DNA of 63,400 nucleotides, filler included, from Olpidium bornovanus S191 (taxonomy: Eukaryota; Fungi; Olpidiomycota), in NCBI GenBank assembly GCA_017911155.1. It is 27 parts of 27 records of this genome, joined end to end, with 100 filler letters (N's around TTAATTAATTAA, not from the genome) between each part and the next. Parts side by side here need not be neighbours in the genome. Positions count along the whole stretch, not along the records: positions 12,481 to 16,177 come from JAEFCI010001438.1; positions 16,278 to 18,089 come from JAEFCI010004293.1; positions 18,190 to 20,808 come from JAEFCI010005121.1; positions 20,909 to 23,343 come from JAEFCI010004698.1; positions 23,444 to 25,277 come from JAEFCI010009704.1; positions 25,378 to 27,235 come from JAEFCI010009001.1; 21 more parts are not named here. One strand, 5' to 3'. Under the pieces are notes generated by a model. It saw nothing but the letters and a program-made list of their open reading frames with translations. It was not told the DNA's origin and searched no databases. How positions within the stretch are numbered: position 1 is the first letter of the stretch; every line of letters begins with the position of its first letter. A program made the position numbers and the translations under genes. This document shows, piece after piece, positions 12,697 to 27,009 of the stretch.

Positions 12697-15410
12697 TCAC
12701 TCCTCTTTACTTCCTCCCCCCTCGGCTGCCTTCTCTTTGTTTGCCGGAGGCTTTGCTGGCCATCCCGCCATTTCCCGGAGTCCCTGGACCTTCCCCTTCA
12801 AGTCCCTCGAGAATGTCGTGCGAATCATCCCGGCGAGGAATGCCGCAGCGACGCGCGTGTCGGAAATTGGGAGGCGCACCGGGGAGGGAATGGACGTGCG
12901 GACGCCGACGGCGTCGAAGCGGTCAGCGGTGACAGCGATTGCAAAGCAGTTCCCACGAAGGCCTTCGGCGCCGTTGAAACGCCCGTAGCCGGATTGGCCC
13001 AGTCCACCGAAGGGGAGGTTGCAGAGGTACGAGGTGGCGTAATCGTTTATGCTGTGAATCGACGACGGCGAACGAAATACGGAGATCGAGGATGGATTAA
13101 AGGGCGGGTCAAACTCACCCGTTATAATTCGTCGACAAACGCCAAGAAAATAAAAAAAGGGAAATTGATAGCCCACCCACTTCATCATTCCGCATTTGCA
13201 CCGCTCTGCGAGCCTCTGGGCGGCAGCGACGTCGCGACCGAACACGCTGCCGCCTAGGCGGTATTCGCATCGGTTCGCTATTCCAACTGCTTCCTCGTCG
13301 TCCTGCGCTTCACCATTCCCTTTCTTTCCGTACTTCATCAAGATCAGGACAGGCGCGAAGCATTCCTCATTCGCAATTTTCATTTTAGGCGTGACGTCGA
13401 CAAGGAGCGTCGGCGAAAAATACTGCCCGGACGGATACCGCGGGTTGACGTACGCGCCGCCGCCGTGAAGAAGACGGGCTCCAGACGAGACGGCGTCTTC
13501 GATCAGCGCTCTTAAGCTGGCACACTGGAAGGAATTCGGTTGAGGACAGGTATCGACTAAGCGGAGAGAATCCACCAACACGGACATCTGAAGTTCTCCG
13601 CCGTTTTCGAGTCTCGTGGCCCGCGACCCACCTGCTCAGATCCCAGCGTCAACGCGCCCACGTCAACGTTGTCGTCCTCAAGGGGCGCACCGACCTGCAG
13701 CCTCTTAATTCTCTCGTAGAGCGCGGCGGTAAGTTTGTCGTAGACCGTCTCGTGCGCTATGATGCTGCAGAATCGTTGAGCGCCACGGAGCAGCCTCCAC
13801 GTTTCTCAGCCAAACGAGAAGTCGACTATCGGCCTACCGCTCAAGGCCAATGCAGTTTTGTCCTGCGTTCTGGAACGTCCCGCGCATCAGAATGTGAAGC
13901 ACCCTGTCGAACTCGACGTCGTGCCTAAGGATGGCAAAATCTTGGTGGAAAAGGTATTTGGTCTCTGTCACAGACTGCCTCGATATTTGGGTCTGCCGAC
14001 ACCGACGTACCTTTTCCGCCCAATTCTAAAATGCAAGGCGTAAGTTTATCTGCGGCTGCCCTCATTACCATCCTGCCGACCTGCGGGGAGCTGCGCCAAA
14101 CGAAACAGTAAGTGCCAGTCCATCAGGATTGGGCGCGTTCTTTTTCGGAGAACTTCAACTAACCCTATGAAAGTCAGTTTGTCAATTCCAGATAGGACAA
14201 GCGCTTGCCCGGTTTCCGCATAACCGGTGACAAATTGCACTAGAAGTCGTCGGCAGAGGTTTCGTCAGAATTCGCAAAGATATCAAAAAGCCCACTGATA
14301 ACAGACGATTAGATTCACCAAGGTCTTTGCTGTGGCCGTTAGCAGTCAAGCAAGTGTCAAGGATGTCCTTGAAGTACTTGGCCGACCAGGCGACGTGCTC
14401 GGATACTTTCACGACGACAGCATTGCCGGCAAACAACCCAGAGATGACCGGACCGAAGACGTTGTGGAAGCTGTTTACAGGTAGCGTCGACACTTTCTCA
14501 TTTCAGGCGCTTTGCTCCGAAGACGGCGAAAAGGTGTCCACTCGCTCGCTCACTCACGGATAATTCCAGGATACAAGAGCGGCCACGACGCCACAAGGGC
14601 GGTACTCGACCCTGGCTGTCTTGTAGCACATCATCGGTCCGGGCCACCTCTCCTCGGGACGGAGGACTTCCTCACCATTAGCGATCGTCCACCTTAGCCG
14701 CTCGAGGGTAGTAAGTATTTCGCCGAAACAACCGTCCACCGTCGTCTTTCCAGTGTCGCGGCTGGAAACCGCGCATATTGTTGCCTGGTTGTCGACAATA
14801 AAGTCGAGGAGCGAGCGCAGCAGGCTTCGTCGCTGGGCGAAGGTCGTCTGCGCCCACGCCGGCTGAGCACGCCGGGCGCGTGCCACGGCGGCTTGGACGT
14901 CCGCCGGGGTGTCAGCCTGGCAAACTCCGAGAGAGCGTCCCGTCGCCGGATCGAAGCACTGGATGTCGCGCGGCCGAGCGGCATTCTACGAGAAAGACGA
15001 TTGCGGGACAATGAGCACGCGTGGCGTTTCCAGCTTTCACATTCTCCAAGGACACGAAAAACGCGCTCTTAGGTTGGATTACCTGAAGACGCGGCTCTTT
15101 CAGCACCTCTCCGCGGTCCCAACAGCGGGCGCATTCTGTTTTCAAGTTCGCGCACGGGGAGCGGGGGAGGAATCGGTCGGCGTCAGCGCCAACCACGGCC
15201 GGCAAACGCGCCCCCCCGTTCCCGGGCTTTTTCTTTGCTCGCACGACGAGCCAAACCTGGCGGAACAGCGATGGAAAAGCGCGCGGGCTTCGGCTCCCGC
15301 AGCGACCTCAGGAGAAATATCGGCCAGCGCAACGCCCCGCGAGAGCAGGCGACCACGAGGGCAAGCACCCCCAGCGCGGGCCAGACCGACGAAGTGAACG
15401 CGTCCAGCAT
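12697..15410 (-). CDS. Membrane-anchored aldehyde dehydrogenase, Msc7-like (ALDH15/22 type)
   Basis: Hydrophobic N-terminal anchor, then IQCFDPATG, VSWNYP/FHN, VVKVSE, MRGTFQNAGQNCIGLER (catalytic Cys), EECFAP and LPFGGLGQSGYGRFNGAEGLR. Confidence 0.92.
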
Positions 15411-15493
15411 CGCGGACGGTTGTCCCCGGTGCGCTCTCTGTTTGGGTGGCGGCCGTTCGCTTGCAGGCGGCGCACTCCCTTTCGCTGCATACA

Positions 15494-15535
15494 ATTCATT
15501 CATTCATCCATTCATTTCATTCATTCGTTCATTCA
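15494..15535. repeat. (TTCA)n microsatellite upstream of the ALDH gene
   Basis: Imperfect run attcattcattcatccattcatttcattcattcgttcattc. Confidence 0.85.
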
Positions 15536-16674
15536 TGCTGTTGCTGAAACAGCTCGGGCTGTGCGCTCACTTTTCAAAAACCGGAAAAGAACTCTGGACA
15601 CAGCCAACGGTTTCGCGGAATGAGACAATTGGTGTCGAACTATCCTGCCTTCGTTCGTTTGCCTCACAGAAGTGACACCGACTGCTGACCCCGAGTGGCA
15701 CTTGTGGCGCGCATTGTCTGAAATGCACCGTCAACTTTAACGCCGGGGAGCACCAGCATATCTTACATGCATCGAAGAAACCGGAGAGTTCCCGCCCGTG
15801 TCCGCACCCCCCACCCCCCACCCCGTGTTCTTGCGTTGCGAGCAAAACGGCCAGCTTTCCCGATGGCCGTGGCAAACCCGCTTTCGCTCGCGCGGCGCTC
15901 CCCCAGCCTTATTGTTGCTCCAGCATGTGGGCACGCCGCAGGCACGCGAGCAGCAGCGCAGAAAAGAGGGGTGGTCGGAGACGCCTTGGGACTTTAATTC
16001 ATATCAAAGCAACCATTCCCACTGAACAACTCTAACGTCAACGCCGATTGGGACAACGGATGATGGAAGGGCATCACAGGAATAATCTGCAAAGCCACTG
16101 GTACTGCTATTATTTGATCTCCAAGAACAGGGAACCGTTACCTTGTCGACTACAAAAGGAGAATACTGAGCCATGACNNNNNNNNNNNNNNNNNNNNNNN
16201 NNNNNNNNNNNNNNNNNNNNNTTAATTAATTAANNNNNNNNNNNNNNNNNNNNNNNNNNNNNNNNNNNNNNNNNNNNAAAGGTTTGACCCGAAAACCGCG
16301 ACCAACGTCCACAGCACAAAAGTGGGCGAATTTGGAACCAGAAGTTACACCAAGAATTCGTCGAGCTTGGCCTAATACAATTACAAATGGAGCCATGTCG
16401 CGGATGAGCCGTGCGCGCCGCCTTTTTGCTCGTGCGTTTGACTTCTGCTGGCGAGATTTTCTTTTTTTTTTTTTTTTTTTGTTTTTGTTTTTGGTTCACC
16501 TGGGCTGCTCTCCTCTCGACGGCAGCGCAGGAAAAAACCCCGCAAATGGGGGGCGGGGGGAAGGCGGAGGCTGATTCGCTCGCGCGCGCGCGCGCGGGGG
16601 AGGGGGAAACGGGTGCGAATTTTTGGCCGGCGCCGGCCCTCCCCCCAACCTCGAAACCGCACGCCCGGAAAAGG

Positions 16675-16730
<56 letters not shown>

Positions 16731-16775
16731 CCCCCCCCCCCGAGCTCTCCTCTCCAAAGGAAAGAAATACCAGCC

Positions 16776-17854
16776 ATGCCGGACAACTCCGCCCTCGTAT
16801 GGCTTCTGACCAAAAACAACTCCTCTTTTCTCGTAAAGAGGAGTGGCGAGCAGTTTTCCTCGGAGAAGGGGAACCTGCTGAATAAGAATTCGTGGAAGTA
16901 CTCAGGGCTCGCCAACAAGAAGGTGAAAAAAAATAAAAAAGCGGGCGGTCGAACAGGGCCCTAACTGGTGTGCGGGTCTCCTTCCCTTCCACGCTCGACC
17001 ACCGCAAAAGGTGTTTTGCGCGGGACGGAGCAGCGCCGCTCACCGAAAGAAAAGTTGCGGCATCGTCGAAAGTCGGCGTCGTTAGGTTGCACCCCGTCCA
17101 GGCCGGATACACTAATACACGGGCATCTATCGAGGACGATGTCGTTTATTGCTTTCCTTCCGAAACTGGGGACCCGCGTGAACGCCACGGCTCCTGGTTT
17201 CACCGCAACTGTTGTCCCTCGCCGTTCCGGCCGCCCCCCCCTTCCTCCCTCCCTGTGCACAGGTTGTTGATGTCCCCCTCGGGAAGAATAACAAGCCGTA
17301 CTTACGCACCGGCAAGAAGTCCGTGAGGCTGAACAAGGGAGCCCGAAACAACGCGGTCCGCATCACAAAGGAACTCGTTCTGGGTGGCTACCGCGCAGAC
17401 CTCCACAGGGTAAATTTTGTTACTGTTTTTGCGTGAAGTCAAGGGGCAAAACCGTCGTTACAAAGCACCCTTGCGGAAAACGGGGATTTCCTGCAATTGG
17501 CGATGATTTTCCTATTGTAGCTGTTCTATCTCCTTGGAATGGTGTGGACAGGCTACGCGCGTTTACCTCCCAGGCCTGTTTTAAGCTGCCCAAAGCGCCT
17601 TCTTAGCACGCTCTGCCACCTTTCCGATGACGAATAAACCTGTCCCTTGAGTAAAGCTCGGTCGTTCAGGAACGATTTGATACCTGACTGATTCCCTCAA
17701 CTCTCCCCGGTACTCTACGTTCCCGCAGGCCGCTCTTGCGAAGATGACAGCGCTCACTCGTCCTCCTTCCAAAGCTTGCACCGTGAAGACCAAGGGCCGT
17801 CGAGCCGAGCGTGCCGCTGCCCGGTCAGCAACTGCCACCAGCGCCCGGAAGTAA
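16776..17854 (+). CDS. RPL28: 60S ribosomal protein eL28
   Basis: Exons 16776-16922, 17263-17409 and 17729-17854: LVWLLTKNNSSFLVKR...FSSEKGNLLNKNSWKYSGLANKK/.../YRADLHR/AALAKMTAL...ARK*. Confidence 0.92.
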
Positions 17855-18501
17855 AAGGTTTTTTCTTTTTTTTTTGTTCATGGGCATGTGCATCATCTGT
17901 TCCGATGTAATCAGAAGAACTTCAGGTCCCCGCCATAGCAGGCGCGTTTTTTGAGTTGTTCGATTTGGCATGCGATGCGTTCTTGTACGGGGAACCAGTA
18001 AAAATGTTTCCAGGATGCCTCCTTCGATGTTCATTTCATTACTGTGTTACTGATTGCCGCCTTTCCACGAGGCTATCTACAATGCAGTTNNNNNNNNNNN
18101 NNNNNNNNNNNNNNNNNNNNNNNNNNNNNNNNNTTAATTAATTAANNNNNNNNNNNNNNNNNNNNNNNNNNNNNNNNNNNNNNNNNNNNCATGGCGTGCG
18201 TTTTCTTGTGTCTTCGTTGGTAACGCTTTATGAGGAATCGACCGTTTCCGGTTTTGATGTCGTCTGCCAATGTAACGTGCCGGCTTCCGACGGCGTAAGC
18301 GAATGATACTGGCGTCAAGACGCTAAATCGAACGATTGGCCCCCCCCCGGCGACCCGAGTGCCAAACCCAAAAAAGCAAAATGAGGCGACCGTGTTTGAT
18401 CCGCGACAGGCTAACGCGCTTATCTGGCAGTTTTAGTGTGGGCAACGAGAAATGCTAGACATTCACGAATGAATCGGCAGATGCGTCCTCCTCGGTATCT
18501 T

Positions 18502-20396
18502 CTAGACGCCAAATATTATCGACCGAAGCACCCTGTACAACTCTTCTTCGACGTAGACCGGATTGCCATTTGGGGCGATGGCGCCGCGGACAGATACGCA
18601 GTGAACGCCCAGCTTCTCGATTTGCCAAATGTCGACTGGAATCTCCCCGTTGTCAAGGTAAACCAGGTGCGTCACGTAGCTGGCAACGGGGTGCTCGCGC
18701 GGCCAACCGGCGTTCCCGAGGCTGAAGTCGAGCGCGCCGGCCACGGATCGCAAGAAATCCACGGCGGTATACTCTGGTGTTTCCCTGTCGTTCTGGCTGT
18801 TCAGCAGCAGAATTTTGTGCCGCAGGCTGGGGCTCTCGGCAATCGCTTTACCCATCCCCCACAAGATCAGGCACGGGTGGATCGAGGTGTAGAGCGATCC
18901 TATGCTATAAATGAGAGTTGTGTTCCTCCGGAACGAGCAGATGATCTTGGGATTCGGCCGCGGGAATATTTCCTTTCCGTCTGAGGAGCATATCAATTTT
19001 GTGACGGAGCAGGATCACGAATGTGAGGAGCACCATAGGAAGAGCGTTTGGAACGATTAGGCGTGCGGGTTCATTTTCCGCCCAAACGTCTCCGAATGTC
19101 GAACCATTCACTTTCTCGACAATTGCCAACTCACATTCGTTGATGTAGAAAATTCGTTTTATCCGGTGCGTTAGGGAATCCATTGGCATCTTGTCAAAGA
19201 TTACGTGGCTCTGGATGGTAATCTTGCGTTGTCCAAGGGAATCTCTGATAGCGAGCCGGGAGGCCTTCGATTCCTTCGGTTGATGCACCGGCTTGCTTGG
19301 GTGCGAAATCTGGCACTGGCCCAGGATGACATCGCCATTGGTGAGTTTGGCGGCGATGTTGACGGTATGATTGGTGTTGATGACCGGTACGACTTGGACG
19401 GACTCCTGAATGCCCGTCATGGCCGCGAACTGGAAGATCGCAGACTCGAGGGAGCCGAAAAAGATGCGCGCTCCCGTAAGGAAAAAGTTGCCAACGCTGG
19501 CGTTGCGAAAGTCAAACCGTTTGTGGGCGCGCTTCAGGACCTCGTTGTGCAACAGCAGAAGGAAGCCTCGTATAACCTCCTTTTTCTCGCTGGGAATTCC
19601 TTCCCACAATCTGGTACATTGGGAATTCAGGATCGGAGGGGCCACGATTAGGACAACAGAGCGGAGCGTTGCCTCTGTTGGTGTACAGACGTCATCTCCG
19701 GCGGCAGAACAACCTCCGCGTAGTTGTTCTTCACTGTTTTTGCGTGTTTGCGCTAATCAGGTTTGCGCCGTCGTCGCGAGCTAGCGCATACCTGTGCGTC
19801 CCCTCCACTATTTGGATCCATTCAGCCTTAAGTTCGGCCTCGCCGGCTGCACTTGGTAAGCGGTAAGACAGAAGCTCAAGCATTTTCCGCCGCTGCTCAT
19901 TTAATGGCGGTGGCGGGACAACGTTCCACAAATCATCCTGTTGCTCGTCAACGTTCCCTGAGATCTGGTCAAACAGATCATTCTTTTGCTTGTCAGCGTT
20001 TCCTGAGATCTTGCCAGGCGCTAGTCGAACGTCGCTCCAAGGTCAGCGAGCGGACCAACCGGCGAGACGGTTGATGTCGAGGTGCAGGTCACCTGTTCCG
20101 TTCGCGTGATCTGCCGTCACGGCCTCTGCATCGCACTCGTCGGCCGGAGGCGTCGGTAGGTTTTGCGGCGGAGGAGCTGGAGGAGAAGCCGGCGACAGTG
20201 GAACGAGGCGCGTGAGGCGGCTACGAATGTCGCCGATGGCGGGCCCGCCGAGCACGCGCAGGATCTCCGAGGTGGAACCGCCGTTGTCGGACACGCCCAG
20301 CACGTATGTCGCGTTCGCGGTTAGCCTGTCGATAACAGGGACGAGCGCGTTCCCCGCAGTTCCGCCCGAGAAGATCGTTATCCCCTCTGGCGTCAT
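18502..20396 (-). CDS. UPF0052/CofD-YvcK-related protein (yeast YNL011C-like)
   Basis: IFSGGTAGN, GVSDNGGSTSEILRVLGGPAIGDIRSRL, FDFRNASVGNFFLTGARIFFGSLESAIF, GQCQISHP, IYSIGSLYTSI and LLNSQNDRET. Confidence 0.9.
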
Positions 20397-21223
20397 CGGC
20401 CCTTTTCACCTGCGGGTGTACCAGCGGCCCCGCCGTAAACTGTTGCCGGGAAACTCTGGCTCCTCGTCCTCCTTCCCGTCTCTCCTCTCACTCCTCTTCC
20501 TCCTCCTCTCACTCCTCTTCCTCCTCTTCCGAGCAGGGCCTCTTTGGCTGCGCCGTCGCGCGGAACACGGCGAGTCTGGCGGAGGCAGAGAGAGATAAGG
20601 ACGACGATAAGGACCAGAATTGAAGCCTCGGCAGGGAGGGGACGGGCACGGGGGTCGTCTTCTCCTCCGGTGAAATCGTGCTCTCCAAACATGCACACGT
20701 GACCAGACCACAGCTTGCACACTAGTTTTTCCAACACTGCTCCTGTGCCCCAGCTGCCCGCAGCACTCGTCGTGGGCTCAGGGAGTGACAGGGCACGGAC
20801 TCCAGGCGNNNNNNNNNNNNNNNNNNNNNNNNNNNNNNNNNNNNNNNNNNNNTTAATTAATTAANNNNNNNNNNNNNNNNNNNNNNNNNNNNNNNNNNNN
20901 NNNNNNNNCCGTCAGGGGGGAGGAGGGTAAGGGAAAAAGGGAAGGGAAAAAAGGGGCGATGTGGAAAGTGCGGGTCCACAAAGGGCAAGCGGACAAGGGG
21001 AGGAAAGGGGGAAAAGGGGGGCCGGTTCCAAAAAAAAAAAAAAAAAAAAAAAAGGAAAAAACGAAAAAAAGAAAAAAAAAGAAAGAAACTTCGCAAAGGC
21101 CGCGCGTGCGCGGCGGTGTGGTTGTGCGTTGTGTAATGCGCAGGCCAATTTCTTTTTTTTTTTTTTTTTTTTTTTTTTTTGGGGGCGGGGGGGGGGGGGG
21201 GGCCTCGAAACCCGAAAACTCCC

Positions 21224-22843
<1,620 letters not shown>

Positions 22844-22899
22844 TCAACCGACCGAGAACGGGGCCGCCGCCGAGAAATCGAAAGGAAAAAGGATTAAAT

Positions 22900-23343
22900 A
22901 AATAAAAAAATAAAGAAGAAGAAGAAGTAAAAAAAAACAAAAAAGAAAAAAGGAAAAGTAAAAAAACACGAAATGAAAAAAAATAAAAGAGCAATTCCGC
23001 AAAATAAACAAAAATGGAAAGAAGAAAAGTAAAAACAAATAAAAAATAAAAAAATTAAGACGTAAAAATATGAAAAACGAAGAAAAAATAAAAAAAAATT
23101 AAAAGGTAAAAAAATGAAAAAAGAAGAAAAAGCAAAAAAAAATGAAAAAAGAAGAAAAAACAAAAAAAAATGAAAAAAGAAGAAAAAGCAAAAAAAAATG
23201 AAAAAATGAAAAAAAAATAAAGAAAAAAAAAACGAAAAAAAGAAAAAAAACCAAAAAAACGAAATATAAAACGAAAAAATAAAAAGTAAAAAAAAAAGCC
23301 AAAAGCAGAAAATCGCAAACGAAAAACACACAAAAATTAAAAA
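22900..23343. repeat. Long A-rich (T-rich on the transcribed strand) low-complexity intron sequence with degenerate short repeats
   Basis: Almost pure A runs punctuated by units such as aaaaaaatgaaaaaagaagaaaaagc, repeated about 3 times at 23110-23200. Confidence 0.8.
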
Positions 23344-23443
23344 NNNNNNNNNNNNNNNNNNNNNNNNNNNNNNNNNNNNNNNNNNNNTTAATTAATTAAN
23401 NNNNNNNNNNNNNNNNNNNNNNNNNNNNNNNNNNNNNNNNNNN

Positions 23444-24163
23444 CATGCAGGCAATGGATCAGAGGCGGTGGTCGCTCAAGAAAGACTGGAAAAGTTTGGC
23501 AAGGAGGCCGGGCTGACTGCACAAGGCATCGTGCCATATGCGGTCTATCCGAACCCGCAGGCATTCTCCACGACAAAGCGGAAGAATATAGACGATGACG
23601 GCTTTTGTTACGGCGGCAAAATTAGACTCATCGAAGCGGCAAAATCGGGAAAATCGGAATGGGAGCGTCCCGTGGCTTCCGCTGTTCAGATAGGAGACTT
23701 TCGTTTGCGGAAATACTCCAAGCCGAAGAAGTCGAGAGAGACGGCTGCGGTCCGGAATGCGCTCACTTTTCCAACATGGCGCACCGGAGCAGAGACAGCG
23801 ACGGCGCCCACGGCGACCATCCCGAGAGCGGCGGGAATAAACGGCCGGACGTGCGCTGCAATCTCTCCAAAATTCATGAAAACGCCTCCTCTAGAAAACG
23901 GAGGAATGGCCCATAATTTCGAGGCCGGTTCCTTTGGATCGAACGAACTGCCAGGCGACATCGTGCCAATTCGGCACTTCGACGAAAGCAGACCGCAGAA
24001 TCCGGATGAATACTACCTGCCAGGTGAAGTTTTCGATTCGCGGAAGCCCGGGCCAAAACCTTCGGCGTGGGAGAGGGAGAACCAGCGTTACATGCGAAAT
24101 GTCAGGGACCGGTACCGTTCCAACGACAGGCGGTTTGGCGCCGGAAGAGCGCGGCCGGCGTGA
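23444..24163 (+). CDS. C-terminal part of an unidentified protein
   Basis: The frame is open from the contig start to the stop at 24163 (about 239 codons) with protein-like composition. No family recognised. Confidence 0.5.
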   Translation, partial: HAGNGSEAVVAQERLEKFGKEAGLTAQGIVPYAVYPNPQAFSTTKRKNIDDDGFCYGGKIRLIEAAKSGKSEWERPVASAVQIGDFRLRKYSKPKKSRETAAVRNALTFPTWRTGAETATAPTATIPRAAGINGRTCAAISPKFMKTPPLENGGMAHNFEAGSFGSNELPGDIVPIRHFDESRPQNPDEYYLPGEVFDSRKPGPKPSAWERENQRYMRNVRDRYRSNDRRFGAGRARPA

Positions 24164-25471
24164 ATTCAATCGCAAGCGAACTGAGGAGCTGATCGCTTGA
24201 GCGGCGAGAGGCGGAGGATACGGAAAACGGATCGACAGACAGGAAGGCGCGTTCAACGGTTTGCGTAAACCAATCGAGACGCCGCACCGTTCGCCAGAAC
24301 GATCGCGCTCGCGCGAAGCACAGTCGACAGGAGACCACCGACGGGCGGTCGTCGAGCAGGGGTTGGGGTCTGCCGTACCTTAATGGTTCGGGAATTACCG
24401 TTTTATTTCTATTCCTTATCTGCTTCTGCTGTCTTCGTGTACTTCGTGCTTGTCGTTTGGCGCTTTGCGTCGTCATTTCCTTTTAATTTCTTTTCAGTGA
24501 GAGCTCTCGGCGGGGCGTGGCCTTGCAGTCGGAATCATTAGCTCGATTTGCGCTGCACTACGTCGTGGATTAATCCCTTGTGTAGTCGGGTATTCCCCGC
24601 CTATGCTCGACTGCTTGTGGGACGGCGATTCCCCTGTTTTCCGAACCGCACTGTCACAACCGCCAATATGTGCTCGACCGAACGGCCCGCACAATTATAC
24701 TAATTATAACAGGCGCGGCGGTGAATTGTTACCTTCAACGGTTACCCCCAATTTTGGTACGCCTCGCTGCGCCCGGTTGATTCGAGTACCGACAGGGTTT
24801 ATCTTTTCCTGTCTAAACATTTGGAAGTAAAGCTAGAGGACGCTTGCATGGAGTTTCGCGATCGCCAGGGTCACCGGTCGCAGTCTGATTGGGAATGTCC
24901 AGGAAGCTTCCTCTTTCGTGTCTTGCGCGAGGTGGGGAGGCCTGTCGTCATCTAAACACGATCCCAGCTACATTGCAGCGCTAAAATGAGCAATTGATGC
25001 ATAAGGCACACTCAGCTATATCCTGGATCCCGTGATTCCTTCGCGCGGCTGCGTCAGCCGTGCATTGCCCTTTTTCTTTTTTCCTGTAAATCTGTGCACC
25101 ATAGCCCGTCCAACGACCATACTAGAGGAGCTGCGAGATGATGCGCAAAACGCGACGCTGACACGCCTCGCCGTCGACTGAACGGGGGTTCCCGCTGCAA
25201 GGGATCACGCTACCCCGTGGCGTCCTCCGCGTATACGGCCTGTTGCGCCCGCGGGCCCCCTTGCACACGGGGGCGGGNNNNNNNNNNNNNNNNNNNNNNN
25301 NNNNNNNNNNNNNNNNNNNNNTTAATTAATTAANNNNNNNNNNNNNNNNNNNNNNNNNNNNNNNNNNNNNNNNNNNNCTGGCGCGGCGGCGCGCTCGGGC
25401 GGTGGGGGGGGGCGGGGGGGGGGGGGGGGGGGGGGGGGGGGAAGCTGGAAGGAGGCCGGAGAGGGTGTGTA

Positions 25472-25503
<32 letters not shown>

Positions 25504-25652
25504 GGGGGGAAAGGAAGAGCGATGGAAAGGGGAACCGGGCGGCGGGGTAAAGGAGGGGATAAACCGAAGAGCGGGTCGCGGCGTCCGAAGAGCTGAAGAC
25601 GGCGCCTTTTTTGGTTTTTTTTTCTTTTCTTTTTGTTCGCCCGTCGTCCGAA

Positions 25653-26667
25653 GCCGCGCAGGAAAACTCTTGTGCTTGACATGGACGAAACCCTGATCCA
25701 CTGCCTGCGGGACTTCACCCGCGCGCCGCGGCGTTGCGACTTCGTTGCGGAAGTCGCCGCGGGGGTCGGGCCGACGGACGGGCTCACCCTCTATCACATT
25801 TACAAGCGGCCGCACGTGGACCTCTTCCTGAAGACAGTGAGCATAATCTTCGCCTTCCCTCCGATCCCTAGCCAGTTGAACCAAAATCTACAATCCCCCC
25901 CCCCCCAAAAAAAACAAAAGCCAGCGGTCCCCCGCTCCACCTCCCCCCATTTTTTGCTTCCATTCTTCCCCGCCCGCACTTTCTGTCTCTTCCCCTCCTT
26001 GCGGACTCTCTTTTTCGGACTCAGGACGATCTCCCCCCCTTTTCTTTTGGGACCCGCTTTCACTGCTCTTGGCCGGTCGTCTTTTTTCGTTCTGGCGCCT
26101 TGTGTTTTCTTTTTTCAGCCGACGACCCCTGGTCTAAAGCCGGCAGGCTGTCTCGCTTTAGGTGCATCAGTGGTACACCGTGGTCGTGTTCACTGCCGCC
26201 GTCAAGGACTACGCGAACCCCATACTCGACCAGTTGGACCCCAGCGGCGAGCTGTTCGACAATCGGTTATTTAGAGAGGTGATTCTGCGGGAGCTTTTGC
26301 GCGAGGGTCGCCCCCTGACCCTGTCCCCCCCCCCTCGCATCGTCCGTCGGGCGGTGGAATATTCCTTTTCTTCCCTTTTTTTTTCTCCTCACCCGCTCCG
26401 TTTCCGACCCGTCGAATTCTGCGGTTCGCGCGTCTTGCAGCATTGTACCACAGTCGCGGAAAGCACATACAAGAAGGGCCTAGAACAGATCGAACCCGAT
26501 CTCCGCGACGTCTGCATCGTCGACAACAACGACGCGTCGTTTGTTACTCCTGGTAAGCATTGCCGTTTTGCAGTGTGTGTTTTATTTTTTGTCTTCGAGT
26601 TCGCGTGCGGTGCGCAGTTTTTTTTTTTTTTTTTTTTTTTTTTCCCCCGGTTCGGGGGGGGGGCGGG

Positions 26668-26701
<34 letters not shown>

Positions 26702-27009
26702 CTGGTGTTGGGGGGGGGGGGGGGTTTTTTTTTTTTTTTTTTTTTTTTTGTACTCGAGTTCGCGTGCGGTGCGCAGGTTTTTTTTTTTGTCCTCGAGTTC
26801 GCGTGCGGTGCTTGCTCGTTGCGCTTTCCGCCGGACCGTCCGTAGTCCTAACTGATCACGAATATAATATGCCAGAAAACGGCATCCCCATATCGGACTA
26901 CCTCGGCGGCGCCGAGGACGAGGCCCTCTCGGAGCTGATACCCTTCCTTGACGCGCTCCGTTTCACCGACGACGTCCGCAATGTCCTCTCCCTGCGGCTC
27001 GTCGGCTAA
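25653..27009 (+). CDS. NEM1: HAD-family NIF/CTD-phosphatase-like protein, Nem1/Dullard (CTDNEP1) type (5' part missing)
   Basis: RKTLVLDMDETLIH (DxDxT), YKRPHVDLFL, WYTVVVFTAAVKDYANPILD, CIVDNN and the C-terminal LIPFLDALRFTDDVRNVLSLRL typical of Nem1/Dullard. Confidence 0.82.

Noticed and set aside
17410-17728. Intronic snoRNA in RPL28 intron 2 (CGATGA...CTGA; partial antisense to 18S rRNA)
   Set aside because: The C box is degenerate, there is no terminal stem, CCTGAC is better explained as the branch site, and the rRNA complementarity is short and mismatched.
20397-20720. Upstream ORF in frame with the UPF0052 gene and separated by one TGA (readthrough or selenocysteine idea)
   Set aside because: Being in frame has a one-in-three chance. 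The upstream peptide is low-complexity Arg-rich, the context TGA-A is not a readthrough context, the position is not catalytic, and no SECIS was seen.
25678-25692. DMDET instead of DLDET in Nem1
   Set aside because: Both catalytic Asp residues and the Thr of DxDxT are retained, so the change is conservative.
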